Below are positions 1 through 8,992 of a stretch of DNA of 64,000 bases, piece by piece. The notes below the pieces were generated by a model that was not told where the DNA came from, made no database searches, and worked only from the letters and a program-made list of their open reading frames with translations. Numbering within the stretch: position 1 is the first letter of the stretch; each line of letters opens with the position of its first letter. The translations under genes and the position numbers were made by a program. This DNA comes from an uncultured bacterium (lineage in GTDB: Bacteria; Chloroflexota; UBA5177; JANWHV01), in contig CAWHAE010000010.1 of assembly GCA_963827235.1 (NCBI GenBank), forward strand, positions 576,001-640,000. The letters are read 5' to 3'.

Positions 1-361
1 GCCTGGGGTCGGTCTGGATCGACAGCCGGCCGTTGCGACCGCCTTGCGTATCGAAGATGGGCTTGAGCAGGCCGGCCGCCTTGGTCGATATCTCCTCGAC
101 CAGCTTCCAGGCGATCTGATCTTCGGTCGCTGCAGGCATCTCCTCGATCAGGGACAGGATGCGCGGCCGCCAGGTCTGCATCTCCTTCTTCAGCACGCCG
201 AGCACGATCACAGGATTGCAGGTCGCGCCCACGGCGCCATGCTCGATCGAGTAGGTCAGCTCGTCCGTGGCCGCCGAGTCATTCCACAGGCAGGTCGGCG
301 TGGTCTGGGTCATCTGGTGCAACGGGCTCTTGTACGAGCTCACCGTGCTGGCTTGAGCCAT
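1..361 (-). CDS. Transaldolase family protein, 5' part (runs off the left edge)
   Basis: Not in the ORF track. Manual translation from ATG at 361 gives MAQASTVSSYKSPLHQMTQTTPTCLWNDSAATDELTYSIEHGAVGATCNPVIV, containing the transaldolase D(S/T)A...G.T.NP motif. GGGAG RBS upstream. Confidence 0.85.
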   Translation of the reverse strand, partial: MAQASTVSSYKSPLHQMTQTTPTCLWNDSAATDELTYSIEHGAVGATCNPVIVLGVLKKEMQTWRPRILSLIEEMPAATEDQIAWKLVEEISTKAAGLLKPIFDTQGGRNGRLSIQTDPR

Positions 362-437
362 TCTCATCTCCCGCGCAGTATCTTCCTCGCCATGACGGCG
401 AGCCTTGGCACCCGGCGCCCCAGCGCCGGTATCTACG

Positions 438-453
438 CTTGAACACGTGTGCA
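438..453. promoter_or_regulatory. LacI-family operator, copy 1 (CTTGAACACGTGTGCA)
   Basis: Near-palindrome with central CG; the exact reverse complement recurs at 794-809. Lies just downstream of the transaldolase -10. Confidence 0.8.
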
Positions 454-458
454 AGCAG

Positions 459-487
459 ATTGTAGTCCTCCTCCAGTCGCCCGTCAA
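459..487 (-). promoter_or_regulatory. sigma70-type promoter for the transaldolase gene
   Basis: TTGACG-17 nt-TACAAT on the minus strand. Confidence 0.75.
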
Positions 488-759
488 GGTTTCCAGAGGC
501 GCTAATCGCGCGCGCGAGCGCCGGCCTATGCGACATCCGCGGACACCAGGCTGCCGGCAGTCCGCGCGTACCGTACCGTTCTCGTGCACCGGATTCCTCG
601 GCCGCCTCCGAACCGTCCGGGTGGGTGACGCCGGCGGCCGCCGCGCCGGATCCACTGGCATCCGATTGGCGTTGTCATACACTCCGGCCGAGCGGCCATC
701 GCGCGGATGGCCCCAGGGAGACTCGATCGTACTCGATCTGTCCCGCGGGATACCTTGCC

Positions 760-788
760 TTGACAGGGCCGCGTCTCGATGCTAGGAT
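760..788 (+). promoter_or_regulatory. sigma70-type promoter for lacI-mmsA
   Basis: TTGACA-17 nt-TAGGAT. Confidence 0.8.
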
Positions 789-793
789 GCAGG

Positions 794-809
794 TGCACAC
801 GTGTTCAAG
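794..809. promoter_or_regulatory. LacI-family operator, copy 2 (TGCACACGTGTTCAAG)
   Basis: Exact reverse complement of 438-453; overlaps the expected +1 of the lacI promoter. Confidence 0.8.
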
Positions 810-873
810 AGCGCAGTTCCGGCATGGGCACGGCAGGCGAGCGCTGTCCAGGTTGGCTCGAGTGAAGGTGGAC

Positions 874-1935
874 GTGACGAGCGCGGAGAAGCGCATCTCG
901 ATCAAGGATATCGCACGGCTGGCCAACGTCTCGCATCCCACGGTGTCGCGGGCACTCCACCATAACCCGCTCGTCAACGCGGAGACCGCCGAGCGAATCC
1001 GGCAGATCGCCGCCGAGCACGGATACCGTCCGAGCGCCGTGGCGAGGAGCCTGGTCACCCGCAAGACACACACAGTCGGCGTGGTGGTCACCACGATCGC
1101 CGACCCGTTCGTGGCGGGCGTGGTCGCAGGGATCGAGGAAGCGGCGAACGAGCATGACTACTCCGTCTTCCTCGCCAATTCCAACGCCGATCCGAACCGC
1201 GAGATCAAGGTCGTGCGCTCGTTCGAGGAGCGGCGTGTCGACGGCATCATCGTCACGGCGTCACGCGTGGGCGCCCGCTATGCGAACGTCCTCTCTCAGG
1301 TCCGCATCCCGGTCGTGCTGTTGAACAACGAGCATCCAAGCGAGTTCGTGCACTCGGTGCGCATCGCGGACTACGAAGGCGGACGGCTAGCGACGCGCCA
1401 CCTGCGCGACCTGGGTCACCGGCGAATTGGCTACATCGGCGACCGCTACGGTCGAAGCTCGGACACAGAGCGTTTCAGCGGCTACCGCGCCACGCTGGAC
1501 GAAGCGGACATTCCCTTCCTGCCGGACCTCGTGGTACACGCGGACGGCCAGCCGGAGGGCGGCGCGGAAGCCATGGATCGCTTGCTGAAGCTCCCCGATC
1601 TGCCCACGGCCGTGTTCTGCTACAACGACATGACCGCGATTGGCGCGCTCAGGGCCATCCGTCTGCGCGGATTGGCGGTGCCCGGAGACATCTCGATCGT
1701 TGGCTTCGACGACCTCTTGTTTGCGCAGTATACGGAGCCGCCGCTGACCACCATCCGGCAGCCGGAAGGAGAGATGGGCCGGTTAGCCATGGAGACGCTG
1801 CTGCGGCTGTTGGGAGGAAACGAGACCGAGCAGAGCATCAGGGTGCCGGGCGAGCTGGTCATTCGCCAGTCGACCGCACGGCACGAGGATCCGAAGACCA
1901 GGCCCCTGGCTGCGGCACGCGCGGCGGCAGGCTGA
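874..1935 (+). CDS. LacI-family transcriptional regulator
   Basis: ISIKDIARLANVSHPTVSRAL HTH, YRPSAVARSL hinge and sugar-binding domain (PTAVFCYND, SIVGFDD, PPLTTIRQP). GTG start inferred; the track ORF begins at 625. Confidence 0.95.
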   Translation: MTSAEKRISIKDIARLANVSHPTVSRALHHNPLVNAETAERIRQIAAEHGYRPSAVARSLVTRKTHTVGVVVTTIADPFVAGVVAGIEEAANEHDYSVFLANSNADPNREIKVVRSFEERRVDGIIVTASRVGARYANVLSQVRIPVVLLNNEHPSEFVHSVRIADYEGGRLATRHLRDLGHRRIGYIGDRYGRSSDTERFSGYRATLDEADIPFLPDLVVHADGQPEGGAEAMDRLLKLPDLPTAVFCYNDMTAIGALRAIRLRGLAVPGDISIVGFDDLLFAQYTEPPLTTIRQPEGEMGRLAMETLLRLLGGNETEQSIRVPGELVIRQSTARHEDPKTRPLAAARAAAG

Positions 1936-1994
1936 ACGGTAACACGGCGACACTGCATCAAGTGTAGGAATAGCAAGGCAGGGAAGCATCGAAG

Positions 1995-3503
1995 ATGAAG
2001 CGACTCAAGTACTGCGTGGACAACGAGTGGATCACCTCCAAGACCGACAAGTACATGCCGATCATGAACCCCAGCATGGGCGAGCAGATAGCGGAGACGC
2101 CCTGCTGCACCCGCGATGAGGTAAACGCAGCGGTAGCTGCTGCCGCCCGCGCGTTTCCTGCCTGGTCGAACACGCCGATCCCGGACCGCATCCAGCTTAT
2201 GTTCCGCTTCAAACAGCTGCTTGACCAGCACCTGGACGAGCTCACCTTGCTGCTGGCCACGGAGATGGGCAAGGTGCTCAGCGAGGCACGAGGGGACGTG
2301 CTGAAGGCTATCGAAGTGGTGGAGTGCGCCTGTTCCACGCACTACCTGATGCAGGGTGACACGTGCATGAACGTGTCGAATGGTTACGACACGGTCTCCT
2401 ACCGCGAGCCTATCGGCGTCTTCGTGGGCATCGCGCCCTTCAACTTCCCCGCCATGATCCCCTTGGGCTGGATGATCCCGTTTGCCATCACCACCGGCAA
2501 CACCTTCGTGCTCAAGGCTGCCTCGATGGTGCCGCAGACGGCCATGCAGATGGTCGACCTGCTGATCGAGGCGGGTCTGCCCAAAGGCGTGGTCAACATC
2601 GTGACCTGCAGCCGCGTGGAGGCAGATTCGCTACTGGTTCATCCGGACGTGCGCGGCATCACCTTCGTCGGCTCGACCTCGGTCGGCCAGCACATCTACC
2701 AGACTGCCGCCTCGGCCGGCAAGCGCGTGCAGTGCCTGACCGAAGCGAAGAACCACGCTCTGGTGATGGAGGACTGCGTGCTGGAGCGGTCGGTACGCGG
2801 CATCATCAACTCCACCTACGGCTGTGCCGGCCAACGCTGCATGGCCCTGCCTGCCATCTGCGTGCAAGAGTCGATTGCCGACCGGGTGGTCGAGCTCCTC
2901 GAAACCTACGCCCGAGAGCTGCGGGTGGGACCGGCCTATCTACCTGAGTCCCAGCTCGGCCCGGTCGCCTCGTCCGGCCAGAAGGATTGGGTCGAGAAGT
3001 GCATCGCCCGGGGCGTGGAGGAAGGTGCACGGCTCGTGCTCGATGGCCGCGGAGTCAAAGTGTCGGGCTACGAGAACGGCTACTACGTCGGTCCCACCAT
3101 CTTCGACCACGTGCAGCCCGGCCACTTTGTCGGCGACGAGGAGGTCTTCGGTCCGGTGACCAGCGTCAAGCGCGTCAGGAATTTCGAAGAGGGCCTGGCG
3201 ATCATGAACGCCAACCGCTTCGCCAACGGCTCGTCCATCTATACGAGCTCCGGCCGCTATGCCCGCGAGTTCGCCAAGCGCACGCACGGCGGCATGGTCG
3301 GCGTCAATGTGGGCATACCGGTGCCCTTCTCGATCTTCTCCTTCTCCGGGCACAAGCAGTCCTTCTTCGGCGACCTGCACACGCTGGGCAAGGACGGCGT
3401 GGCCTTCTTCACCGAGACAAAATCGGTCACCTCCGTGTGGTTCACGGAGGAGGACTCGCAGAAGAAAGTCACCACGTGGGACGGCACGCTGACTCGCAAC
3501 TGA
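1995..3503 (+). CDS. mmsA: CoA-acylating methylmalonate/malonate-semialdehyde dehydrogenase
   Basis: PFNFPAMIP, ITFVGST, EAKNHALV, YGCAGQRCMA and GMVGVNVGIPVP...SFFGDLH motifs of the MmsA/IolA ALDH subfamily. Confidence 0.9.
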   Translation: MKRLKYCVDNEWITSKTDKYMPIMNPSMGEQIAETPCCTRDEVNAAVAAAARAFPAWSNTPIPDRIQLMFRFKQLLDQHLDELTLLLATEMGKVLSEARGDVLKAIEVVECACSTHYLMQGDTCMNVSNGYDTVSYREPIGVFVGIAPFNFPAMIPLGWMIPFAITTGNTFVLKAASMVPQTAMQMVDLLIEAGLPKGVVNIVTCSRVEADSLLVHPDVRGITFVGSTSVGQHIYQTAASAGKRVQCLTEAKNHALVMEDCVLERSVRGIINSTYGCAGQRCMALPAICVQESIADRVVELLETYARELRVGPAYLPESQLGPVASSGQKDWVEKCIARGVEEGARLVLDGRGVKVSGYENGYYVGPTIFDHVQPGHFVGDEEVFGPVTSVKRVRNFEEGLAIMNANRFANGSSIYTSSGRYAREFAKRTHGGMVGVNVGIPVPFSIFSFSGHKQSFFGDLHTLGKDGVAFFTETKSVTSVWFTEEDSQKKVTTWDGTLTRN

Positions 3504-3554
3504 GCGGCCGAGCACGCGGTGGGCCAAGCTCAGACGCGCCTGGAGACGCTGACT

Positions 3555-3598
3555 ATCGCCTGCATCCGTCCGCGCCGGCGCGGACGGATGCAGGCGAT
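3555..3598. repeat. Perfect 44-bp palindrome downstream of mmsA (possible terminator hairpin)
   Basis: ATCGCCTGCATCCGTCCGCGCC is immediately followed by its exact reverse complement; no U-tract. Confidence 0.9.
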
Positions 3599-4130
3599 GC
3601 GTTTCGCGCTGGTGGGCTGGCGCGCGAGCGCCCATTCACGTACCTGGACTCCGGCTCGGCGGGCCGCGCCAACTGGACGCGGGCCCGCGGCCGGTGAGAA
3701 CGGTAGGCGCGACAGATCCTCAATGGAATCCGCTGCCTCCACCGGCTGGTCGTTCGGCCCTGCCTCTTCGCGCGGAGACGCGGTGGGACTTGCGCAGCCG
3801 CCGCCTCGTGCTCGATCCTATCAGGCGGCATCGAATGCGCGGCGCGCCGCGAGTGACGTACCAACTGGTGGCGCTGCTCAGTGTGGCGGTGACAGCGAAC
3901 CTGGCCAATCGTCTCTCGGAGCTAGCCAATGTGCAGTGGTCCGCGCCATGCAGTCGCCCTGGTCGTTACTCAACCGCCATCCTCCACTCACGTATGAGCC
4001 CTGTCGCGTGAAAGGCGCCTCATTGCATCTACACGACTGGTGCGGTAGCGTGGTGGGCGTCACTGTGCTATGGTGGCCCTGAGCGTGCTCATCAGGTACA
4101 TCGCGTGAGAGCCTCGCAAGGCTGGAGGCC

Positions 4131-5270
4131 TTGAGCCGGATGTCTTTGCGCCGATTCACGTGCAGAGTACAGTCGCGCTGGCTGGGCCGGGCGGTTGGCA
4201 CTCTCTTCATTCTCTTCGACGTCGTTGTGCTGGGATTTCTTGCTAAGCAATTCCTGCATCTTTCCACCGACCAACGGCAGTTCAGAGCCAACGCCATACC
4301 TTCTCGAACGATCTATTTTGGCTCATCAGACGGCTGGAATGATGGAAGCGTGTACGCGCTAGATCCACAAAACGGCACGCAAATGTGGAGTTTTCAGACT
4401 GGCGACGCGGCGGATTGGCCTCCGGTAGATGGTGGCTCTGTATTTGTCAGCACCGCAGGTGGCCATGTGATTGCCCTGAACGGTGTAGACGGTAAGCAGC
4501 TGTGGGCCACGAGCACATTCTGGACCGACGCCGGCTATCCCGCAGTCGCCGGCGGTGTAGTCTACACAGGCGCCGGTGCGCACAACGTCTATGCCTTGAA
4601 CGCCCTCAGCGGCAGAACACTCTGGAGCTTTAGTACCGGCGACCTGATGGAAGCATCGCCCGCCGAAGCGAACGGGATCGTGTACGCGACCGCGTTCAAC
4701 CAGGTTCTCTTTGCGATCAACGCACGTACGGGCAAGGAGATCTGGCACTTCGGCATGCAAATGTGGAGCGGCTCGTCGCCAGTAGTGGCGAGCGGCATCG
4801 TGTACGTGGAGGCTGCCGATGGCCCGTTATACGCCGTGGATGCGGCAAGTGGCCGAGAGATGTGGCACCTTAACGGCTCGACCTCGGGTCCGACCGTAGT
4901 GGCAAGTCAGGTCTTTATTGCCTCAGATGACTACACTCTCGATGTCCTGAACTCGCGGTCTGGCAAGGTTGTGCGGCGCATCCCCATAGGATCACAAGTC
5001 TCGATTGCGCCCTTAGTGGTGAACGGGCTCATTTACCTCTGCTCGGACGACGGAATGGCATGGGCTCTAGATGCAGCGAGCGGCCGGGAGATATGGCAAT
5101 TCTCCTTGGGAGATATTGCACCGACGTCAGTCAACATGATGGATGGCGTCGTCTATCTGGCTTCGACCGGCACGGACACGAACAGTCTTTCTGCCCTGAA
5201 TGCTCGCACCGGCACGGTACTCTGGCAACAGCGATTCAAGGTGGAAGACCCAGGTTCTCATGACAGTTGA
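4131..5270 (+). CDS. PQQ-like (BamB-type) beta-propeller repeat protein with N-terminal membrane anchor
   Basis: About eight VYALDA..G..LW repeats; hydrophobic segment AVGTLFILFDVVVLGFLA. Start uncertain. Confidence 0.85.
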   Translation: MSRMSLRRFTCRVQSRWLGRAVGTLFILFDVVVLGFLAKQFLHLSTDQRQFRANAIPSRTIYFGSSDGWNDGSVYALDPQNGTQMWSFQTGDAADWPPVDGGSVFVSTAGGHVIALNGVDGKQLWATSTFWTDAGYPAVAGGVVYTGAGAHNVYALNALSGRTLWSFSTGDLMEASPAEANGIVYATAFNQVLFAINARTGKEIWHFGMQMWSGSSPVVASGIVYVEAADGPLYAVDAASGREMWHLNGSTSGPTVVASQVFIASDDYTLDVLNSRSGKVVRRIPIGSQVSIAPLVVNGLIYLCSDDGMAWALDAASGREIWQFSLGDIAPTSVNMMDGVVYLASTGTDTNSLSALNARTGTVLWQQRFKVEDPGSHDS

Positions 5271-5311
5271 GCCTGGCTTTTGGATCGCACAAGCTCAGAG
5301 GAGCTAGGTCG

Positions 5312-5620
5312 CTCATCGAAGGCCTTGAACTGCCTCGACGCGACCACCCAAATATCGCCAGCCCGTAGTGCATTCTTCAGCTCGGAGAGCGCACAAATCT
5401 CATAGAACCGACGGTCCGCGTCCGCGTCGGTGAGCACGTGGGGTGCCCAACGTGGCTTGATGAAGGCCGTTGGCGCATCTTTCGGGATCGTACGGGCGTT
5501 GTTCTGATACATGTGCCTCAGCGTCTCACAGGCATCGAGCACGCTCTGGGCCGCCGGTGTGCACTTGAAGGTCAGAATGTCCGGGCAGCACGGGGCATAA
5601 CGCCGGACATGAGAGTAGCC
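5312..5620 (-). pseudogene. Tn3-family transposase (TnpA) internal fragment
   Basis: GYSHVRRYAP...APTAFIKPRW...DRRFYEICALSELKNALRAGDIWVVASRQFKAFDE matches the Tn3 TnpA middle region; only about 100 aa remain. Confidence 0.8.
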
Positions 5621-5687
5621 GTCGGTGTGTCCCCTCCGGTGCGGACTCCGGCCACGACGAATCCTAGACCGGCTTGATAACGGCCCG

Positions 5688-5900
5688 ACACCATTCTCGG
5701 CGCTCTCCGCAGAAGACGCCGCCTTCATGGCCGCCCTGCGTGCCACGATCGCGCCACTCAAGGGGAAGCTCCAGGGAACCGCCGCTCGCGAACCGTACGA
5801 CAATAGGGCCGCGTCATGCTCCTGTGCGCGCTGAAGAAATTCGATCACGAGCATGCTCATCGTGATCATCGACGGCCTACGGTCGACGGGCTATTGGTCC
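5688..5900 (+). pseudogene. Degraded fragments: alpha/beta-hydrolase-like N-terminus and a possible IS6-type DDE piece
   Basis: LSAEDAAFMAALRATIAPLKGKLQGTAAREPYD, then VIIDGLRS, which resembles IS6 ivTDGLRSY. Recalled similarity only. Confidence 0.3.
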
Positions 5901-6144
5901 TGAGCAAGCAATGGCGAGAGACACTCAAACACTCCTAACGTCACGATCGTCGTCCATCGATGGATTCGTGAAGTCGTGTTGGGTTCATCGACGAGGCCGT
6001 TGAGGACCATGCCGGCGATGTGGAAACGGATTTCTTTCCTGATCTGCTCGCCTCATGCGGGATTGTGGGGACAGCGAATCGCCTGAGCAGCTCGGTCCGA
6101 CCGGCTGGTCAGGCGATATGACGGCACGTCCGCGGCTCGTCGCC

Positions 6145-7818
6145 TCAGCTCAGTCCTCTGACTCGTCCGTCGGCGGCGACGCCGATGCGTTCGGCCGCGG
6201 GCACCTTGCCCAGCCCCGGCATGGTCATGATCTCTCCGGTCAGCGCCACCACGAAGCCGGCACCGGCAGACAGGCGTGCCGAGCGCACGGCGATGCGGAA
6301 GCTCTCCGGTGCGTTGAGCAGCGCCGCGTTGTCCGAGAAGGAGTACTGCGTCTTGGCAATGCAGACCGGCATACTGCCGTAGCCCAGCTTCTCGAAGAGC
6401 GCCAGGTCGCGCGACGCCGTACCGACGAAGTCGACGCCGGATGCGCGATAGATGTGCGTGGCGACCGCTTCGATCTTCTTCTTGAGCGGCATGTCATCCG
6501 TGTAGAGCGTGTGGAACTCGCCTGCCGGAGCATGCTCGAGCAGCGCCACGAGCCGCCTGGCAAGCTCCTTGCCGCCGTCGCCGCCACGGGCATGGATGTC
6601 ACAGCGCGCCGCGGCGATTGCACCGGAAGCCAGTGTCTCTTCTATCGCGTTAAGCTCGGTCTCGGTGTCCGTGTCGAACATGTTGATCGCCACGAGCGGC
6701 GGCAGGCCGAAGCGCCCGACGTTCTCCACGTGCCGGAGCAGATTCGGCAGGCCGCGCCGAACGGCATCCACGTTCTCCGTCTTCAGATCGTTCTTGTCCG
6801 CCCCGCCGTGCAGCTTGAGCGCTCTGGTCGAAGCGATCACCACCGCCGCGTCCGGCTTCGCCCCGGTCTGGCGCGCCACGATGTCGCAGAATTTCTCGAA
6901 CCCGAGATCGGCGCCGAAGCCTGTCTCCACGAGCGCGTACTTGCCGAGCTTCCGCGCCAGGCGGGTTGCCCGGATAGTGTTGGTACCGTGCGCAATGTTG
7001 GCAAACGGGCCGCCGTGAATGAGCGCCGGGCCGCCCTCGAGCGTCTGCACGAGGTTGGGGTTGAGCGCATCCTTCAAGAGCACGGTGAGCGCGCCCTCGG
7101 CGTTGACGTCCGATGCCCGAACAGCAGCGCCGGCTCGCGTGAATCCGATCACGATGCGCCCCAGGCGCGCAGTGAGATCGGCAAGGTCCTCTGCCAGGCA
7201 GAAAATGGCCATGATCTCGGAGGCCGGGGTGATGTCGAAGCCCGTCTCGCGTGGCACTCCCTCGGTCGGGCCTCCCAGTCCGCTGATCACGGCTCGCAGG
7301 GCCCGATCGTTCACGTCGAGGCAGCGGCGCCAGGTGATCCGGCGGGCGTCGATGCCCAGGCTGTTCCCCTGGTGCAGGTGATTGTCGACCAGCGCGGCCA
7401 ACAGGTTGTTGGCCGCGGTGATAGCGTGGAAGTCCCCTGTGAAGTGCAGGTTGATGTCCTCCATCGGGATCACCTGCGAGTAGCCTCCACCGGCGGCGCC
7501 GCCCTTGACGCCGAACACGGGACCCATTGCCGGTTCGCGCAGCGTGACGACGGCCTTTTCCCCGATGGCGCAGAGCGCCTGTCCGAGCCCGACAGTCACC
7601 GTGGTCTTGCCCTCGCCTGCCACCGTAGGCGTCATCGCGGTGACGAGTACCAGCTTGCCGTCCGGCCGATCGGCCAGCCTGTCCATGGCTGCCTGGCGTA
7701 CCTTGGCCTTATAGCGGCCGTAGAGGTCGAGTTCGTCGACTGATAGTCCGACGTCGGCCGCCACGTCCACGATCGGCCTCAACGGAGCTTCCTGAGCTAT
7801 CTCGATGTCCGATTTCAT
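6145..7818 (-). CDS. fhs: Formate--tetrahydrofolate ligase
   Basis: TPTVAGEGKTT, GVKGGAAGGGYSQV, INLHFTGDFHAI, HGGPFANIAHG, CIAKTQYSFSD, IMTMPGL; AGGAG RBS. Confidence 0.97.
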   Translation of the reverse strand: MKSDIEIAQEAPLRPIVDVAADVGLSVDELDLYGRYKAKVRQAAMDRLADRPDGKLVLVTAMTPTVAGEGKTTVTVGLGQALCAIGEKAVVTLREPAMGPVFGVKGGAAGGGYSQVIPMEDINLHFTGDFHAITAANNLLAALVDNHLHQGNSLGIDARRITWRRCLDVNDRALRAVISGLGGPTEGVPRETGFDITPASEIMAIFCLAEDLADLTARLGRIVIGFTRAGAAVRASDVNAEGALTVLLKDALNPNLVQTLEGGPALIHGGPFANIAHGTNTIRATRLARKLGKYALVETGFGADLGFEKFCDIVARQTGAKPDAAVVIASTRALKLHGGADKNDLKTENVDAVRRGLPNLLRHVENVGRFGLPPLVAINMFDTDTETELNAIEETLASGAIAAARCDIHARGGDGGKELARRLVALLEHAPAGEFHTLYTDDMPLKKKIEAVATHIYRASGVDFVGTASRDLALFEKLGYGSMPVCIAKTQYSFSDNAALLNAPESFRIAVRSARLSAGAGFVVALTGEIMTMPGLGKVPAAERIGVAADGRVRGLS

Positions 7819-7941
7819 GCCTCTCCTACACTTGCACTATGGCAGGGAGCCGCCGGCATCAGGCGCGGCGAGTCCCTGCCGGGCAACACGGTATTTCCAC
7901 GCGCGGACGCTCTCCCACGCTCTTCGCCGGAAGCGGAGTTG

Positions 7942-8979
7942 CTACTTGGCGCTGAGCCGGCCGGCGCGAAACGCCTTGAGATACTGTACGCAGTACTCAT
8001 CCTCGCCTTCGAGCATCGCTCGCGCGAGCTCGAACGGCTCGGCGCTCCGATCCTGTGCCAGCACTTCGGCGAGCTTACTCTGCACCGGATCGATGATCGC
8101 CCCGTCGATGCCGGCATCGACGGCGAGCACGATGAACGTCTCGTTCACCAGCTTGCGATTGGGCATGCCGAAGGAGACATTGCTCAGGCCGCCGGTGATA
8201 TGGATGGCCGACCCGTACTCGGTCCTCACCGCGCGCACCGCGTCGAGGTATTGGCGGCCGGACATGTTGTCCACCGAGATCGGCAGCACGAGGGGATCGA
8301 CGTGGATGTGGTTCCGCGGGATGCCGCCGGCGCGCTCCAACAATTGCTTCACGTTTGCCAGGCGCTCGCCGGTATCCTTCGGCATCGTGCCGATCCCCGA
8401 AGCGGACGCCACCACGTCGGCGTCGAATTCGCGTGCAAGATCGAGCGTGTCTGGGCGCTCGAGCGCCGCCGAGTTCAGCATGGGCCGGCCGGCTTTTCGG
8501 TCGTAGGCGAGCAAGCCCTCGCGCAGGGTCGCGGTCTTGGAAGAGTCGATGCTCAGAGGAATGGGCGATATGCCCTGCACCGACTGTACCAGCCAGCGCA
8601 TCGCGGCCATTTGCTGATCCGGCTCGGCAGAGATCTCATCCACGTTCAGGTCCAGGAAGCGTGCGCCCGCGTCGATCTGACGCCTCGCCTCGCTGCGCAG
8701 ATACGCCGTGCCCTCCTCCTGCGCCGCCGAGTCGCCCCAGAGTCCCTTCTGTACGGCGATCATGATGTGCTTGATCTGGCCTTGCTGGTAGGCCTGAGTC
8801 TCGCGGAAGGTCTCGGGTACGGTCAGGTGGCGCGTGCGTCCTTCCGCGTCACGGAAGCGAATGCCTTCCGTTCCGTCGTCCAGCACGGCGAAACGGGCGC
8901 TCTTGCGCGATACGGAGCGCGTGGTGTGGATATTCTCGCCGACAATAGTGAACTGGCCCACCTCGTACTGCGCAGCCAT
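7942..8979 (-). CDS. Pterin-binding methyltransferase (methyl-THF:corrinoid methyltransferase, AcsE/MetH folate-domain-like)
   Basis: IVGENIH, AGARFLDLNV, PLSIDSS, MLNSA, HVDPLVLPI, GGLSNVSFGMPNRKLVN, GIDGAIIDP. Confidence 0.88.
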   Translation of the reverse strand: MAAQYEVGQFTIVGENIHTTRSVSRKSARFAVLDDGTEGIRFRDAEGRTRHLTVPETFRETQAYQQGQIKHIMIAVQKGLWGDSAAQEEGTAYLRSEARRQIDAGARFLDLNVDEISAEPDQQMAAMRWLVQSVQGISPIPLSIDSSKTATLREGLLAYDRKAGRPMLNSAALERPDTLDLAREFDADVVASASGIGTMPKDTGERLANVKQLLERAGGIPRNHIHVDPLVLPISVDNMSGRQYLDAVRAVRTEYGSAIHITGGLSNVSFGMPNRKLVNETFIVLAVDAGIDGAIIDPVQSKLAEVLAQDRSAEPFELARAMLEGEDEYCVQYLKAFRAGRLSAK

Positions 8980-8992
8980 GCACCCTCACTCC

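Noticed and set aside
6055-7743. Long opposite-strand ORFs (e.g. 6055-7743, 14532-15788, 56135-57127, 56908-58437)
   Set aside because: Antisense shadows of real genes, expected from high-GC codon bias; no independent motifs.
7841-7880. Hairpin GGCAGGGA...TCCCTGCC in the fhs leader
   Set aside because: Imperfect stem with no recognisable aptamer or U-tract; function unsupported.
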